Positions 27,070-37,600 of a stretch of 64,000 nt of DNA are shown piece by piece; position 1 is the stretch's first letter; each line of letters opens with the position of its first letter. Origin of the DNA: Oscillospiraceae bacterium. GTDB taxonomy: Bacteria; Bacillota; Clostridia; Oscillospirales; CAG-272. Both the position numbers and the translations under genes were made by a program. The notes under the pieces were generated by a model. The model did no database searches and had not been told where the DNA came from. It saw nothing but the letters and a program-made list of their open reading frames with translations. The stretch spans positions 14,814 through 78,813 of the forward strand of contig SVRZ01000004.1 in assembly GCA_015064555.1 (NCBI GenBank), read 5' to 3'.

Positions 27070-28365
27070 TTATCCGCGAGCCTTGGGAACGAGCTTCTCT
27101 GTGCCGCCCATATAGGGACGGAGTGCTACGGGAATATTGACACTGCCGTCATCGTTAAGGTTATTTTCAAGGAATGCAATGAGCATTCTGGGAGGTGCAA
27201 CAACGGTATTATTAAGAGTATGAGGAAGCGTAGTCTTTCCGTCCTCGCCCTTATATCTGATGCGAAGCCTTCTCGCCTGAGCATCACCGAGATTGGAGCA
27301 GGAGCCTACCTCGAAATACTTCTTCTGCCTTGGCGACCAAGCCTCAACGTCAACCGACTTGACCTTGAGATCTGCGAGGTCACCCGAGCAGCACTCAAGC
27401 GTTCTTACAGGTATATCGAGTGTGCGGAAAAGATCAACCGTGTTCTGCCAGAGCTTATCAAACCACATCGGCGAATCCTCAGGCTTACAAACGACTATCA
27501 TCTCCTGCTTCTCGAACTGATGTATTCTGTATACACCTCTCTCCTCGATACCGTGTGCGCCCTTCTCCTTTCTGAAACAGGGAGAGTACGAGGTAAGAGT
27601 CTGCGGAAGCTGCTTTTCGGGAATTATCTGGTCTATGAACTTACCTATCATAGAATGCTCCGAGGTGCCGATAAGATAAAGATCCTCGCCCTCGATCTTA
27701 TACATCATAGCATCCATCTCCGCAAAGGACATAACGCCGGTGACAACGCCCGCGCGGATCATATAGGGAGGAATGCAATAGGTAAAGCCTCTGTCTATCA
27801 TAAAATCTCTTGCATATGCGATAACAGCTGAATGAAGCCTTGCGATATCACCCATAAGGTAATAGAAGCCGTTACCCGCCACTCTGCGCGCACTGTCAAG
27901 ATCTATGCCTGCAAAGCGCTCCATAATATCGGTGTGATAAGGGATCTCAAATTCGGGAACAACAGGCTCACCGTATCTCTCGACCTCAACGTTCTCGCTA
28001 TCGTCCTTACCTACGGGAACCGAGGGATCGATGATATTGGGGATCACCATCATTATGGAACGAACCTTCTCTTCAAGCTCGCTCTCCTTTGCCTCAAGCT
28101 CCGCAAGCAGCGCCGCCTGCTCGGAAACAAGGCGCTTCGCCGCCTCTGCCTCTTCAAACTTCTTCTGCCCCATAAGAGCACCTATGGACTTGGAAACCTT
28201 ATTGCGGTTTGCTCGAAGGTCGTCAGCCTGCTTCTTCGATGCGCGAAGCTCCTCATCAAGAGCGATCACCTCATCAACGAGGGGGAGCTTTGAATCCTGA
28301 AACTTCTTTCTGATGTTCTCACGAACAGCATCGGGATTTTCACGTAAAAACTTAATGTCGATCAT
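27070..28365 (-). CDS. serS: serine--tRNA ligase
   Basis: The start at MIDIKFLRENPD is the classic SerS N-terminus. Coiled-coil arm, class II motifs (FRKEKGAHG..., GSCSNLGDAQARRL) and a T-box upstream. Confidence 0.95.
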   Translation of the reverse strand: MIDIKFLRENPDAVRENIRKKFQDSKLPLVDEVIALDEELRASKKQADDLRANRNKVSKSIGALMGQKKFEEAEAAKRLVSEQAALLAELEAKESELEEKVRSIMMVIPNIIDPSVPVGKDDSENVEVERYGEPVVPEFEIPYHTDIMERFAGIDLDSARRVAGNGFYYLMGDIARLHSAVIAYARDFMIDRGFTYCIPPYMIRAGVVTGVMSFAEMDAMMYKIEGEDLYLIGTSEHSMIGKFIDQIIPEKQLPQTLTSYSPCFRKEKGAHGIEERGVYRIHQFEKQEMIVVCKPEDSPMWFDKLWQNTVDLFRTLDIPVRTLECCSGDLADLKVKSVDVEAWSPRQKKYFEVGSCSNLGDAQARRLRIRYKGEDGKTTLPHTLNNTVVAPPRMLIAFLENNLNDDGSVNIPVALRPYMGGTEKLVPKARG

Positions 28366-28625
28366 TTTATTTCTCCTTAAAATTAAATATCCTTCCTTGG
28401 CAAAAACAAAAAAAGCCATTCCTCCCCATACTGCGTATGGGACGAATAACTCCGCGTTGCCACCCAAATTGCAGGAATACCCTGCCACTCATATGCCTCT
28501 AAGGGAGCAACCCCTGCGACTCATCGCCGCTGCTCGGAAAGCGGAAATCGAAAAAATGCACTGCTGCTCGCACCAACCGCAGCATCTCTAGGTGTACATA
28601 CTGATCGACCTTCTTTCGTCATCAC
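28366..28625 (-). promoter_or_regulatory. T-box leader (tRNA-sensing riboswitch) of serS
   Basis: The minus strand contains the conserved T-box sequence AATTTGGGTGGCAACGCGG (28452-28470). A terminator helix plus TTTTTTTGTTTTTG follows at about 28405-28451. An AGAGA element lies near the 5' end. Ser codons (UCC, AGC) occur in the putative specifier region. Confidence 0.85.
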
Positions 28626-28632
28626 ACAAATG

Positions 28633-28661
28633 ATTATATATCATTTCTTTCAAAAAAGCAA
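28633..28661 (-). promoter_or_regulatory. SigA-type promoter of the serS T-box leader
   Basis: Minus strand reads TTGCTT-17 nt-TATAAT. Confidence 0.5.
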
Positions 28662-28769
28662 GGGCTTTTTAAAAAATTCACCGCAAAATCCGAAATTAGA
28701 AAATTCCCTATTGAAATACGTCGCGCTTTATGGTAAGATTGTAGCATATACAAACAAAAGGAGGCTATT

Positions 28770-29093
28770 ATGATAAAGTACGGAAACAGTGCTACGGAAA
28801 AGAATCTCGGAGGCGGTGTTTGCCGCAAGATTCTCGCATTCGGAGAAGAAATAATGGCAGTAGAGGTATCGTTCGAGGAAGGCGCGGTCGGCTCTGTCCA
28901 CTCGCATCCGCACTCGCAGATAAGCTACGTTCTTGAAGGACGATTCGAGGCAAGGATCGGTGGTGAGGTGAAAGAGATATCGCAGGGTGACAGCTATTAC
29001 ACCGAGCCCGATATGCCACACGGCGTCGTCTGCCTTGAGAAAGGTAAATTGCTCGATGTTTTCACACCTATGCGCATGGATTTTCTTTCATGA
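28770..29093 (+). CDS. cupin-domain protein
   Basis: 107 aa. GSVHSHPHSQISYVLEG...PDMPHGV are the cupin motifs 1 and 2. RBS aaaggagg. Confidence 0.8.
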   Translation: MIKYGNSATEKNLGGGVCRKILAFGEEIMAVEVSFEEGAVGSVHSHPHSQISYVLEGRFEARIGGEVKEISQGDSYYTEPDMPHGVVCLEKGKLLDVFTPMRMDFLS

Positions 29094-29135
29094 CGTGATT
29101 TGTGCCCGATACTCAGAATATTTTGCTCATACGTA

Positions 29136-29164
29136 TTGATTTTTTTGGAATAATGTTGTATAAT
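29136..29164 (+). promoter_or_regulatory. SigA-type promoter of fba
   Basis: TTGATT-17 nt-TATAAT. Confidence 0.55.
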
Positions 29165-29198
29165 ATCGTTTGGAATTTTAATTTAAGGAGTTAATCAG

Positions 29199-30065
29199 AT
29201 GTTAGTTTCGGCAAAAGAAATGCTTGCTAAGGCAAGAGCAGGTCACTACGCAGTTGGTCAGTTCAATATCAACAACCTCGAATGGACCAAGGCTATTCTT
29301 CTCACCGCAGAGGAGATGAAATCCCCTGTTATTCTCGGTGTTTCCGAGGGTGCGGGAAAGTATATGTGCGGCTACAAGACCGTTGTTGGTATGGTTAACG
29401 GTATGATCGACGAGCTCGGTATCACCGTTCCCGTTGCCCTTCATCTTGACCACGGCAGCTACGAGGGAGCTTACAAGTGCATTGAGGCAGGATTCTCATC
29501 CGTTATGTTCGACGGCTCTCACTATCCCATCGAGGAAAACCTTGCTAAGACCAAGGAGCTCGTTGACGTTTGTGCCTCTCGCGGTCTTTCTCTTGAGGCA
29601 GAGGTCGGTGCTATCGGCGGCGAAGAGGACGGCGTTATAGGCGGCGGAGAGGTTGCAGATCCCAAGGAATGCAAGATGATCGCAGATCTCGGAGTTACTA
29701 TGCTTGCCGCAGGTATCGGTAATATTCACGGTAAGTATCCCGAAAATTGGGCAGGTCTCAGATTCGACGTTCTTGAGGCTATCAGCAACGAGGTAGGTGC
29801 AGATATGCCCCTCGTTCTCCACGGTGGAACAGGTATTCCCGCAGATATGATAAAGAAGGCTATCTCGCTCGGCGTTTCCAAGATAAACGTTAATACCGAG
29901 TGCCAGCTTGCTTTCGCTGCCGCTACCCGTACCTATATCGAAGAGGGCAAGGATCTCGTAGGTAAGGGCTTTGATCCCAGAAAGGTTCTCGCTCCCGGTG
30001 TTGAGGCTATCAAGGCTACCGTTCGTGAGAAGATCGAGCTCTTCGGATCGGCTAACAAAGCATAA
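29199..30065 (+). CDS. fba: class II fructose-1,6-bisphosphate aldolase
   Basis: 288 aa. AVGQFNINNLEW, VALHLDHG, GNIHGKY and LVLHGGTG motifs. Confidence 0.95.
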   Translation: MLVSAKEMLAKARAGHYAVGQFNINNLEWTKAILLTAEEMKSPVILGVSEGAGKYMCGYKTVVGMVNGMIDELGITVPVALHLDHGSYEGAYKCIEAGFSSVMFDGSHYPIEENLAKTKELVDVCASRGLSLEAEVGAIGGEEDGVIGGGEVADPKECKMIADLGVTMLAAGIGNIHGKYPENWAGLRFDVLEAISNEVGADMPLVLHGGTGIPADMIKKAISLGVSKINVNTECQLAFAAATRTYIEEGKDLVGKGFDPRKVLAPGVEAIKATVREKIELFGSANKA

Positions 30066-30261
30066 TAAAAGTATACATCTAGCATAAAACGCCGCAGATG
30101 CTTCATCGCATCTGCGGGGCGAAGGGATTTTGAGCGGAAATCCTCGGCTGACGAACGATAAGCGTACAAGGGTACGCTGAGTGAGGAAACGAGGATAGAA
30201 TAAAAAACTTTAATAAAGATGAGGAAAAACGGAGTTTTTCAACCTCTAAAATATTATAAAA

Positions 30262-30308
30262 GTACGGCAAAGGCACTGTGTTTTACAGTACTTTTGCCGT
30301 TTTTATTC
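30262..30308. terminator. bidirectional terminator between fba and ddh
   Basis: Long stem acggcaaagg-cactgt / acagta-cttttgccgt, followed by ttttatt and preceded by aaaa. Confidence 0.75.
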
Positions 30309-30341
30309 GGTTACGCCTAAATGACACAGCCCCATTTTTTG

Positions 30342-31286
30342 CTAGATGTATTTATAAATGCTCTCCGAAATCAGCATCTTGGGCGGAATATCCGCAAGTG
30401 TTACTGCACCTGTCCTTCCCTCTGTATGCATACGGTACACAGCGCGCGCAGATGCAAGCAATATCCTTGCGGTGAAATGAGGATTTGATGCAAGCCTCAG
30501 ACTGAGATCGACTTCGGTTATTCCGTCCTCGTGTGCTCTTGCCGCTATGACCTCACCGCCGTGAAAAAGAGATGCGGTGCGAGATCTTACGTCCTCGGGA
30601 TCGGTAAAATATATTTCGGTACGGTAGCCTTTGAAATAGCCGTCCATATTTCGTATCTCGGCTTCTATCCGCGGCTCGTTTCCCTGCTCTGCCGCTACGT
30701 AACATATGCGCTTATGTGATAGCTTCGGAGAGGTTTTTTCTCCCCGGAGTGCTCTTTCTCGCTCATCCTCGTCGGGAATTGTATACTGGACGGCATCTAT
30801 GACTCCATTTATCCGTCGTATCGCCTCGCTATGCCCCTGACTTATTCCCTCCCCCCAGAAGGTGGCAGACTCGGCATCGGGCATAAATGCCGAAAGGTAT
30901 ACACGTATCACCGAAAAGAAGCCGGGGTCCCACCCGGAGGCTATAAGACTCAATTTGTTGCCGAAGCGAGCCGCTTCATCCATTTGCGTGTGATATCCCG
31001 GAATTGCAGAATGCATATCATAGCCGTCCACTGTGTTAAAAACCGAGGCAAGGCGCGGCGCATTCTTCGGAAGATCAACGGCACTCCCCTGCGAAATAAT
31101 CAGGCAATCCACTTTTTCGCGGTAGTCTTCTATATTCATAAAAGGTAAAATTTTCGCGCCACGGTAGGTCTTTTCAATTCCTTCGCGGCGCGAAAATATA
31201 TATTCAAGCTCTATATCCGGATAAAGGCTGACGGTATCGGCAATTGCCTTTCCCAATCTCCCCCAGCCTGCTACTGCTATCTTCAT
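30342..31286 (-). CDS. ddh: meso-diaminopimelate D-dehydrogenase
   Basis: 314 aa. Collinear with Corynebacterium-type Ddh: GWGRLGK, SQGSAVDLP, SGWDPGFFS and FWGEGISQGHSEAIRRI. Confidence 0.85.
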   Translation of the reverse strand: MKIAVAGWGRLGKAIADTVSLYPDIELEYIFSRREGIEKTYRGAKILPFMNIEDYREKVDCLIISQGSAVDLPKNAPRLASVFNTVDGYDMHSAIPGYHTQMDEAARFGNKLSLIASGWDPGFFSVIRVYLSAFMPDAESATFWGEGISQGHSEAIRRINGVIDAVQYTIPDEDERERALRGEKTSPKLSHKRICYVAAEQGNEPRIEAEIRNMDGYFKGYRTEIYFTDPEDVRSRTASLFHGGEVIAARAHEDGITEVDLSLRLASNPHFTARILLASARAVYRMHTEGRTGAVTLADIPPKMLISESIYKYI

Positions 31287-31359
31287 ATAAACCTCCTTTT
31301 TTCCCTGAACTCATTATATGAAAATCAAGAAAAGAGGTTATTGCATCAGGCAGTAAGAC

Positions 31360-32376
31360 TCACGCCCTTGTGAGCTCACCGCGCAGATCGGTCTCCATCA
31401 TTCTCTTTATCTGCTCCTTGTCGTATCCGAGGCTGAAAAGATAGTACAGCTTGGCGACGGCTGCCTCGGTAGTCATATCAAATCCGCTTACAGCTCCCGC
31501 GCGGACAAGCTCCGAGCTCGCGGCATATGCTCCGAGAGAAACCGTGCCCTGAGGACACTGAGAGCAGACGGTTATAACAGCTCCTGCGGCAAACGCCGCC
31601 TTTATGATCGGAAGGAGCGAGTTGCCCTCACCCGGTATATTACCCGCACCGAAGGTCTCAAGCACCACTCCGCGGAGCTTCTCGGTCATAACCACATCGA
31701 AAAGGCTGAAATTTATCCCCGGAAAAACCTTCAGAACGCCGATAGGAACCTCGGAAAAGGGATGAAATGAAAATTTACCGCTGCGCCTGATAGGGATGGG
31801 CTGATTATACCGTATATTTATTCCTGCCTCTGCAAGCGGATGCATATTCGGAGATGCAAATGCCAGAAGACCGTCAGCAGACATCTTCGTTGCGCGGTTT
31901 CCGCGCAGAAGCTTGCCGCCGAAATAGAGGCATACCTCGCGGACAACACCCTCTGCGGCTATCATTATGGAGGTTATCAGATTATCTCTGCCGTCGCTCC
32001 TTATTTCGCAAAGAGGTATTTGCGACCCCGTAAGTATGACCGGCTTATCGAGATTCTCAAGCATAAACGAGAGCGATGACGCAGTATACGCCATCGTATC
32101 TGTGCCATGAAGAATGACAAAGCCGTCGTATTCGGAATATAGCTCGGCGATCCTTCCGCCTATCATGTTCCATTCGTTCACCGCCATATTAGAAGAATCG
32201 AGAAGGGGTGAAAGCTCATATAGGTCAAACGACGGCATTCCGTCAACGTAGAGGTCGGCTATACCATCAAGCAGTCCCCGAAGATACCCGGGACTCGGAA
32301 TATATCCGTCCTCGCTCCTCGTCATACCTATCGTGCCTCCCGTATGAATAAGACATATTTTCTTTTTCTTCATCAT
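31360..32376 (-). CDS. ansA: type I L-asparaginase
   Basis: Start at the ATGATG after GGAG. HTGGTIGM and ILHGTDTMAYTAS motifs. Confidence 0.85.
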   Translation of the reverse strand: MMKKKKICLIHTGGTIGMTRSEDGYIPSPGYLRGLLDGIADLYVDGMPSFDLYELSPLLDSSNMAVNEWNMIGGRIAELYSEYDGFVILHGTDTMAYTASSLSFMLENLDKPVILTGSQIPLCEIRSDGRDNLITSIMIAAEGVVREVCLYFGGKLLRGNRATKMSADGLLAFASPNMHPLAEAGINIRYNQPIPIRRSGKFSFHPFSEVPIGVLKVFPGINFSLFDVVMTEKLRGVVLETFGAGNIPGEGNSLLPIIKAAFAAGAVITVCSQCPQGTVSLGAYAASSELVRAGAVSGFDMTTEAAVAKLYYLFSLGYDKEQIKRMMETDLRGELTRA

Positions 32377-32567
32377 AAAAGCTCCTATGCTACCGTCACA
32401 TTTCTTCAATGCTTTAATCCAACGTTTATACCATTATTATAATACCCGTGCCTTGAAAAATCAATATTTATACCCCAAATTTATAAAATTATCCTTCAAT
32501 TTATTCGCCGAGTGGAATAGTATCCGTAATTTTGGTAAATAATGTAGCATCATGAAAGGAGAAGAAA

Positions 32568-33149
32568 ATGAAAAAAACAGTTTTCCCTGCTATATGCATA
32601 CTTATCTCTTGCATCCTGATGATGCTCATTCCAACCGAGGCAGAGGCGGCTATTTATGAGGATACCCTACGCCTACATATCCTCGCAGAATCTGACACGG
32701 CTGAGGACCAAGCGATAAAGATCGCTATCCGTGATATGGTTCTCGAAAAATATTCATCCCTGTTTGCCAATGAATGCGATATATCCGTGGTTATAGGCAA
32801 AGCAAGTGCCGAGCTTGGCGCCATTGAAAACGATTGCAACCGTCTTATTCTTGACACGGGCTATGACTATCGGGCGAAAGTTCGGCTTACCGAGGAATGG
32901 TATGAAACACGGGAATACCGAGATTTTCTTCTGCCCGCAGGCACTTATGCATCCTTAATCATTGAGCTGGGTGCCGGTGAGGGACAGAATTGGTGGTGCG
33001 TTATGTATCCGCCGATGTGCCTCGAAGCATCGCTCTCGCACGAGGAATATCCATACACGCCCTCCGAGATGCGCCTTATAAACAAGAGCGGATATCGTGT
33101 AAAATTCAAAATACTCGAGCTGGCATCTGAAATAATTTCAGGCTCATAA
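32568..33149 (+). CDS. spoIIR: stage II sporulation protein R
   Basis: 193 aa with a signal/anchor. LRLHILAESDTAEDQAIKIAIRD...LPAGTYASLIIELGAGEGQNWWCVMYPPMCL is the SpoIIR signature. Confidence 0.9.
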   Translation: MKKTVFPAICILISCILMMLIPTEAEAAIYEDTLRLHILAESDTAEDQAIKIAIRDMVLEKYSSLFANECDISVVIGKASAELGAIENDCNRLILDTGYDYRAKVRLTEEWYETREYRDFLLPAGTYASLIIELGAGEGQNWWCVMYPPMCLEASLSHEEYPYTPSEMRLINKSGYRVKFKILELASEIISGS

Positions 33150-33191
33150 GAGCGATGCTATGCCACTTTTTATCTATTCATGAAAAAAGTG

Positions 33192-33220
33192 TTGATTTCG
33201 CGGAATTTATGTGATAGAAT
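33192..33220 (+). promoter_or_regulatory. SigA-type promoter of smpB
   Basis: TTGATT-17 nt-TAGAAT with an upstream TG (extended -10). Confidence 0.5.
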
Positions 33221-33318
33221 ATATTGAGAAAGAATTACGCGGGAGGAATTTGTTCCGCCGCAAGGAACAAGAGCACCGCTTTACACAGTAATCACATTCA
33301 GAGGACATCGGATATTTT

Positions 33319-33798
33319 ATGAACGAGAAAAAAACGCAAAAGATAATAGCTGATAACAGAAAGGCAAGACACGATTATTTCGTTATTGAATCCTTTGAGG
33401 CGGGCATAGAGCTTTTTGGCACAGAGGTAAAGTCGCTCAGAGCGGGCGGCGTCAACCTGAAGGACTCCTACTGTGAGACCGACGGCGGAGAGCTTTTTGC
33501 CCACGGAATACATATCAGCCCATACGATCACGGTAATATCTTCAACCGTGATCCGCTGCGCCCGAAGAGGCTTTTGATGCACAAAAGAGAGATCATGCGC
33601 CTGACGGGACTGGTATCACGCGAGGGCTACACACTTATTCCGCTATCTCTTTACTTCAAGGGCTCATACGTCAAAATGGCTCTCGGACTCTGTAAGGGTA
33701 AGAAGCTCTATGACAAGCGCGATGATATTGCAAAGCGCGATGCTGATAGAATTATAGAGCGCCGCATGAAGGACAGAGGCGGGAAATATGATGATTGA
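33319..33798 (+). CDS. smpB: SsrA-binding protein SmpB
   Basis: 159 aa. NRKARHDYFV...GTEVKSLR...LLMHKREI motifs. Confidence 0.95.
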   Translation: MNEKKTQKIIADNRKARHDYFVIESFEAGIELFGTEVKSLRAGGVNLKDSYCETDGGELFAHGIHISPYDHGNIFNRDPLRPKRLLMHKREIMRLTGLVSREGYTLIPLSLYFKGSYVKMALGLCKGKKLYDKRDDIAKRDADRIIERRMKDRGGKYDD

Positions 33799-33846
33799 TA
33801 TCCTGCAAGTGATAGGAAATTCCCTTTTATAGGCACAATAATTTGC

Positions 33847-33897
33847 AAAAGACCGATTTGAGTTAAATCCCCAAGTCGGTCTTTTGATTTTGTTTTA
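33847..33897. terminator. terminator after smpB (shared with the convergent glycerophosphodiesterase gene)
   Basis: Arms aaaagaccga / tcggtctttt, followed by gattttgtttt. Confidence 0.8.
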
Positions 33898-33902
33898 TAA
33901 GG

Positions 33903-34613
33903 TCATCCGTGTAATCTCATATATTCAACGAGCTTATCGGGAAAATTGACGGTCATGCCGCCGTTTATACCTATCTCTACGGCATATTTCATGGTTTCCA
34001 CAGAATCTATTCCCCATCCTCTGCATTCGTATCCAAGGCTGTAAAGCTCATCAAGATGCTCGCGCTTTACCTCAATTGCCTTAGGACAAGCCTGATATGC
34101 ATTTATTGCGGCAAGCCTCCGCAATACAGAATCCGAATGGCTGACGTAAAGATATCCGAGACGCACTGTTTTATCATATTCGTATGTCTCGACGAGTGCA
34201 TCGTATGAGAAGGAGGTTATTATCGTTTTATCGATAGCATTGTATCGCTTAAGCATCTCTATGACCTCAGCCGATATACCCGTAACTTTAAGCTCTATTG
34301 CGAACGTGAGATCAAGCGCAGAAAATTCGGCGAGGAAATCCTCGAAGGTCATTATGACGTCCTCTCTGCCGTATGCCGGGTTTTTAACCTTCAGCTTAAG
34401 AAGCTCCTCTAGGGTGTAATCGGCGATTCTGCCGGGTATGCCAAGCTTTGCATCGGTGGTATCGTCATGAAACAGGACTAAAATTCCGTCCTTCGTTTTC
34501 TGAACGTCGGTTTCTATTCCGTCGGCTCCCATCTCTATCCCTGCCCTGAATGAAGAAAGGGTATTTTCGGGGTAATACTCGCTTGCACCCCTGTGCGCAT
34601 ATACAACAAACAT
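33903..34613 (-). CDS. glycerophosphodiester phosphodiesterase
   Basis: 236 aa. AHRGASEYYPENTLSSF...GADGIETDVQKTKDGILVLFHDDT is the GDPD signature. Confidence 0.85.
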   Translation of the reverse strand: MFVVYAHRGASEYYPENTLSSFRAGIEMGADGIETDVQKTKDGILVLFHDDTTDAKLGIPGRIADYTLEELLKLKVKNPAYGREDVIMTFEDFLAEFSALDLTFAIELKVTGISAEVIEMLKRYNAIDKTIITSFSYDALVETYEYDKTVRLGYLYVSHSDSVLRRLAAINAYQACPKAIEVKREHLDELYSLGYECRGWGIDSVETMKYAVEIGINGGMTVNFPDKLVEYMRLHG

Positions 34614-34630
34614 TAGATTTCCCTCCTGAA

Positions 34631-37600
34631 TTATTTTTTCACTTTCTTGTATTTTCTCACAACGGGTGCTTTGAGGATTCCAAAGGGGCGTAAATTATAT
34701 TCATAAGACCACTCAAAGCCGGTTGAATGCCAATACATAGGTCCGGTATACACGTCACGCTTATCGCTTACAAGGCTATGTAATCCCGAGAATGTGTTGA
34801 AGCGATTTCCGTAGACGGTATATGAAACGCTGTGCTCTCCTGCGGAAAGCATAGGCGTTACAAGTCTGAAGGGTGCCTTCCATATATATCCCATATCCCT
34901 GCCGTCCACCGCAACGCGGACAAGCGCGCCCTTATAGTAGGATATCTCAAACTCCAAAGCAGTGTCCTCATCGAGCGATATATGAGTATCGTATGTAAGG
35001 TTTCCTCCGTAGAATGCAAGGCCCTGATTTGCCGCATTTCCGTATGCTATATCCTCGGAGAGCGCGGTTATACGCGCCTCTCTGCCACGGCAGGCAACTC
35101 CGAAGTTACCAATCACGAAGCAGTTCTCCATATCGGTTCTGACACCGAATGGGAAGCTTATTTCAAGGATATTTTCGCCTTTTTTAATCATTCCAAGCCT
35201 GCAGGTTGGTATTTCGAAATCAACGTAATAGCCGGTAGGCGTTGTGTCTACCACGATTCCGTTGAATTTTATTTCGGCAGACCTTAGATTCTCGAGCGCA
35301 AACACGGCATCTTTATATTCTATGTCCGATCGGAAATTGAATCTCAGGTATACTCTGTGATCCTCGGGCTCATTTGCAACCGCCCACGGCTGTACCGTTT
35401 TAATTGCTCTCAATGTGAGCCCCAGCTTCTTCCTTATTATTTCGTCTATACGGAGTATCTCTTCCCGCTTATGGATGCTTCCGCCGTCAAGACTCCACTC
35501 AGCCATATCAAGCACAAGTACGTTCGGCTCCTCAAGCCTGTAATCGGTAACAAACGAGGTGTCTATGTCATATCGCACTATGTCAAATGCCTCGGGCTCA
35601 TAGCATGAATGCTCGCTTGTAGCATCAAGCCTCAGAAGGAGGCTGTCAAAATCGAACATATCGCTATATATTACGGTGTTTCCGTTTTCCGTCTTGAATT
35701 CAATAGGATAAATATCACCGGATACCGTATCATAAAGCGATACCTTATACATCCCCTTAACGGTAATTGCTATCTTCTTTTTCGTAGGTATGTGAAGCAA
35801 CTCGGGCGCATCCGCTGCAGCTATGAATATCCAATCGGTGTCACCGTCTCTTCTGCGAGTATAAAGATAGCTCTCGGTCACAGTTCCGTCTGCATTTTTT
35901 ATTACCACATCGCGCTCGGGGGCAACTGCCGAAATCAGATCCGATTTTGAATGAGGAATAACAAGAGTTGCAACGTCCGCAAGTGCTGCCGCCTCCGCGG
36001 AGCTCCTTCCTCCCGAAAGGTGCGGCAGATTGCCTGAAAGTATCAGCCTTCCGCCTGCCCTTGCAAACTCCGAAAGAAGCTTTATCGTATAAGGACGAAG
36101 GTTTTCGCAAGAGTCAACTATGACCGTGCTGTACTCCATTAGACCAACCTTCAGCGAAGATGACGGCTCTTTGGCAAGCATAGGCAACGTTGACTCGGAG
36201 ATATAGTCGAAATTGACCGAATTGCGAAGCAGCCAATTACAGACGTCAGCGAAATTCTTATCAAGCTCTGCGCGTTCGGCGGCGCTTTCTGCCTCGGAGC
36301 AATACTTTGTCCAATAGGTTTCGATAGGATGAAGAACGGCAACCCGAGATACTGCTACACCGCGCGTAAGCGCAGTATTTACTCTCGCGTAGTGATCCTC
36401 TATGATTTTATATTGCTTATACCAGGGCGACTGATAGAATATGCTTGCGGGATAGTCGCGCTTTCCCTCGCCCTTCATCGTCTGCCAGGCAAGATGCGGA
36501 ACTCTTACACTAACTCCAAGGCATGCCTGCCAATCTCCCTGAGATTTATGGCCGCGGAAATCGTAATCCCAGTTTGTCACTCCGTACAATTCTGAAATCA
36601 TTCCGTCCTTTCCCATCTGGCGGACTATTGAATCGCATTGTTTCGCCGTAGTAAACAATCTCTTGTCCTTGAGAACGTCAATGCCCGGCAGCTGCATACA
36701 TGTATACCCCAGCATAGGATCGGTGCATATGCGTGTGATATCGCACAGATTATCCTCGCACATCATATGACCTGTGAGCATGATATTGTTTTTTTCGCAC
36801 CAGGCACCTATATTACCGAGAAATGCCTCGGAGAACCTTTCGCTCACGTGACGGTAATAGTAGTAGCGGACGCTTTCATCGCCCGATACGGCATTTTTAA
36901 AGAATATTTCGGGTAGCCGCTCAAGGATATCAAATCCGTATGCCTTCATAAAGCTATCGGCAAAATCCCAGGTCCAAGCCGCGGAAACATCGCCCTTGCT
37001 ATGACCGCTGCTGAGATTTTTGCAGTACTGTATCTGCGGTTCATCCGTGAATATCGCAGGCACAGTGCTTCCGAATTTTTCGCCTATCTGTTCGCGGAAT
37101 CTCTCGTGAGTGATTTCTATGAATTTGTCTATAGCTTCCTTTGAAAGCGCGTCTACATACGACTGATAATTAAATCTCGGTTCACCGCCTCTTGCAGTCA
37201 CACAATAAAAATACCTTTTGTTTTCGCACTCCGAATCCTCGGCAACGCGGACGTAGGATCCAAGACAGCCGTTTTCATCGATAGCTAACGAAAATGCACC
37301 GAGGAAAAGAGGTTTTCCCGATTTTTCCGCATCCTCCGCGGTATAAACAGCTTCCCTTCTCTTAGATGTCATAAGAAGTCCCTTGGCGCGGTACTTAATT
37401 TCCTTCGTGACAAAGCCGCCCGCACAGCCGGAAGGCCATCTGTCCTCGTCATAAAGCCACGCAAGCATATTTTGCTCCTCCGCACGCTCTACACAAGCGC
37501 GGATCGCCTTCATAAAATCATCACCGAGATATTCTGTGGCGAGCCCCTGACGAACGTGCATATTGAAGCCGCCAAATCCCATTTCATTAAAAATATCGAT

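Noticed and set aside
33799-33902. tmRNA (ssrA) gene expected next to smpB.
   Set aside because: Only about 100 nt of spacer is available, and it is mostly a terminator hairpin. That is far too short for a tmRNA of about 350 nt, and no tRNA-like acceptor/T-arm sequence is present.
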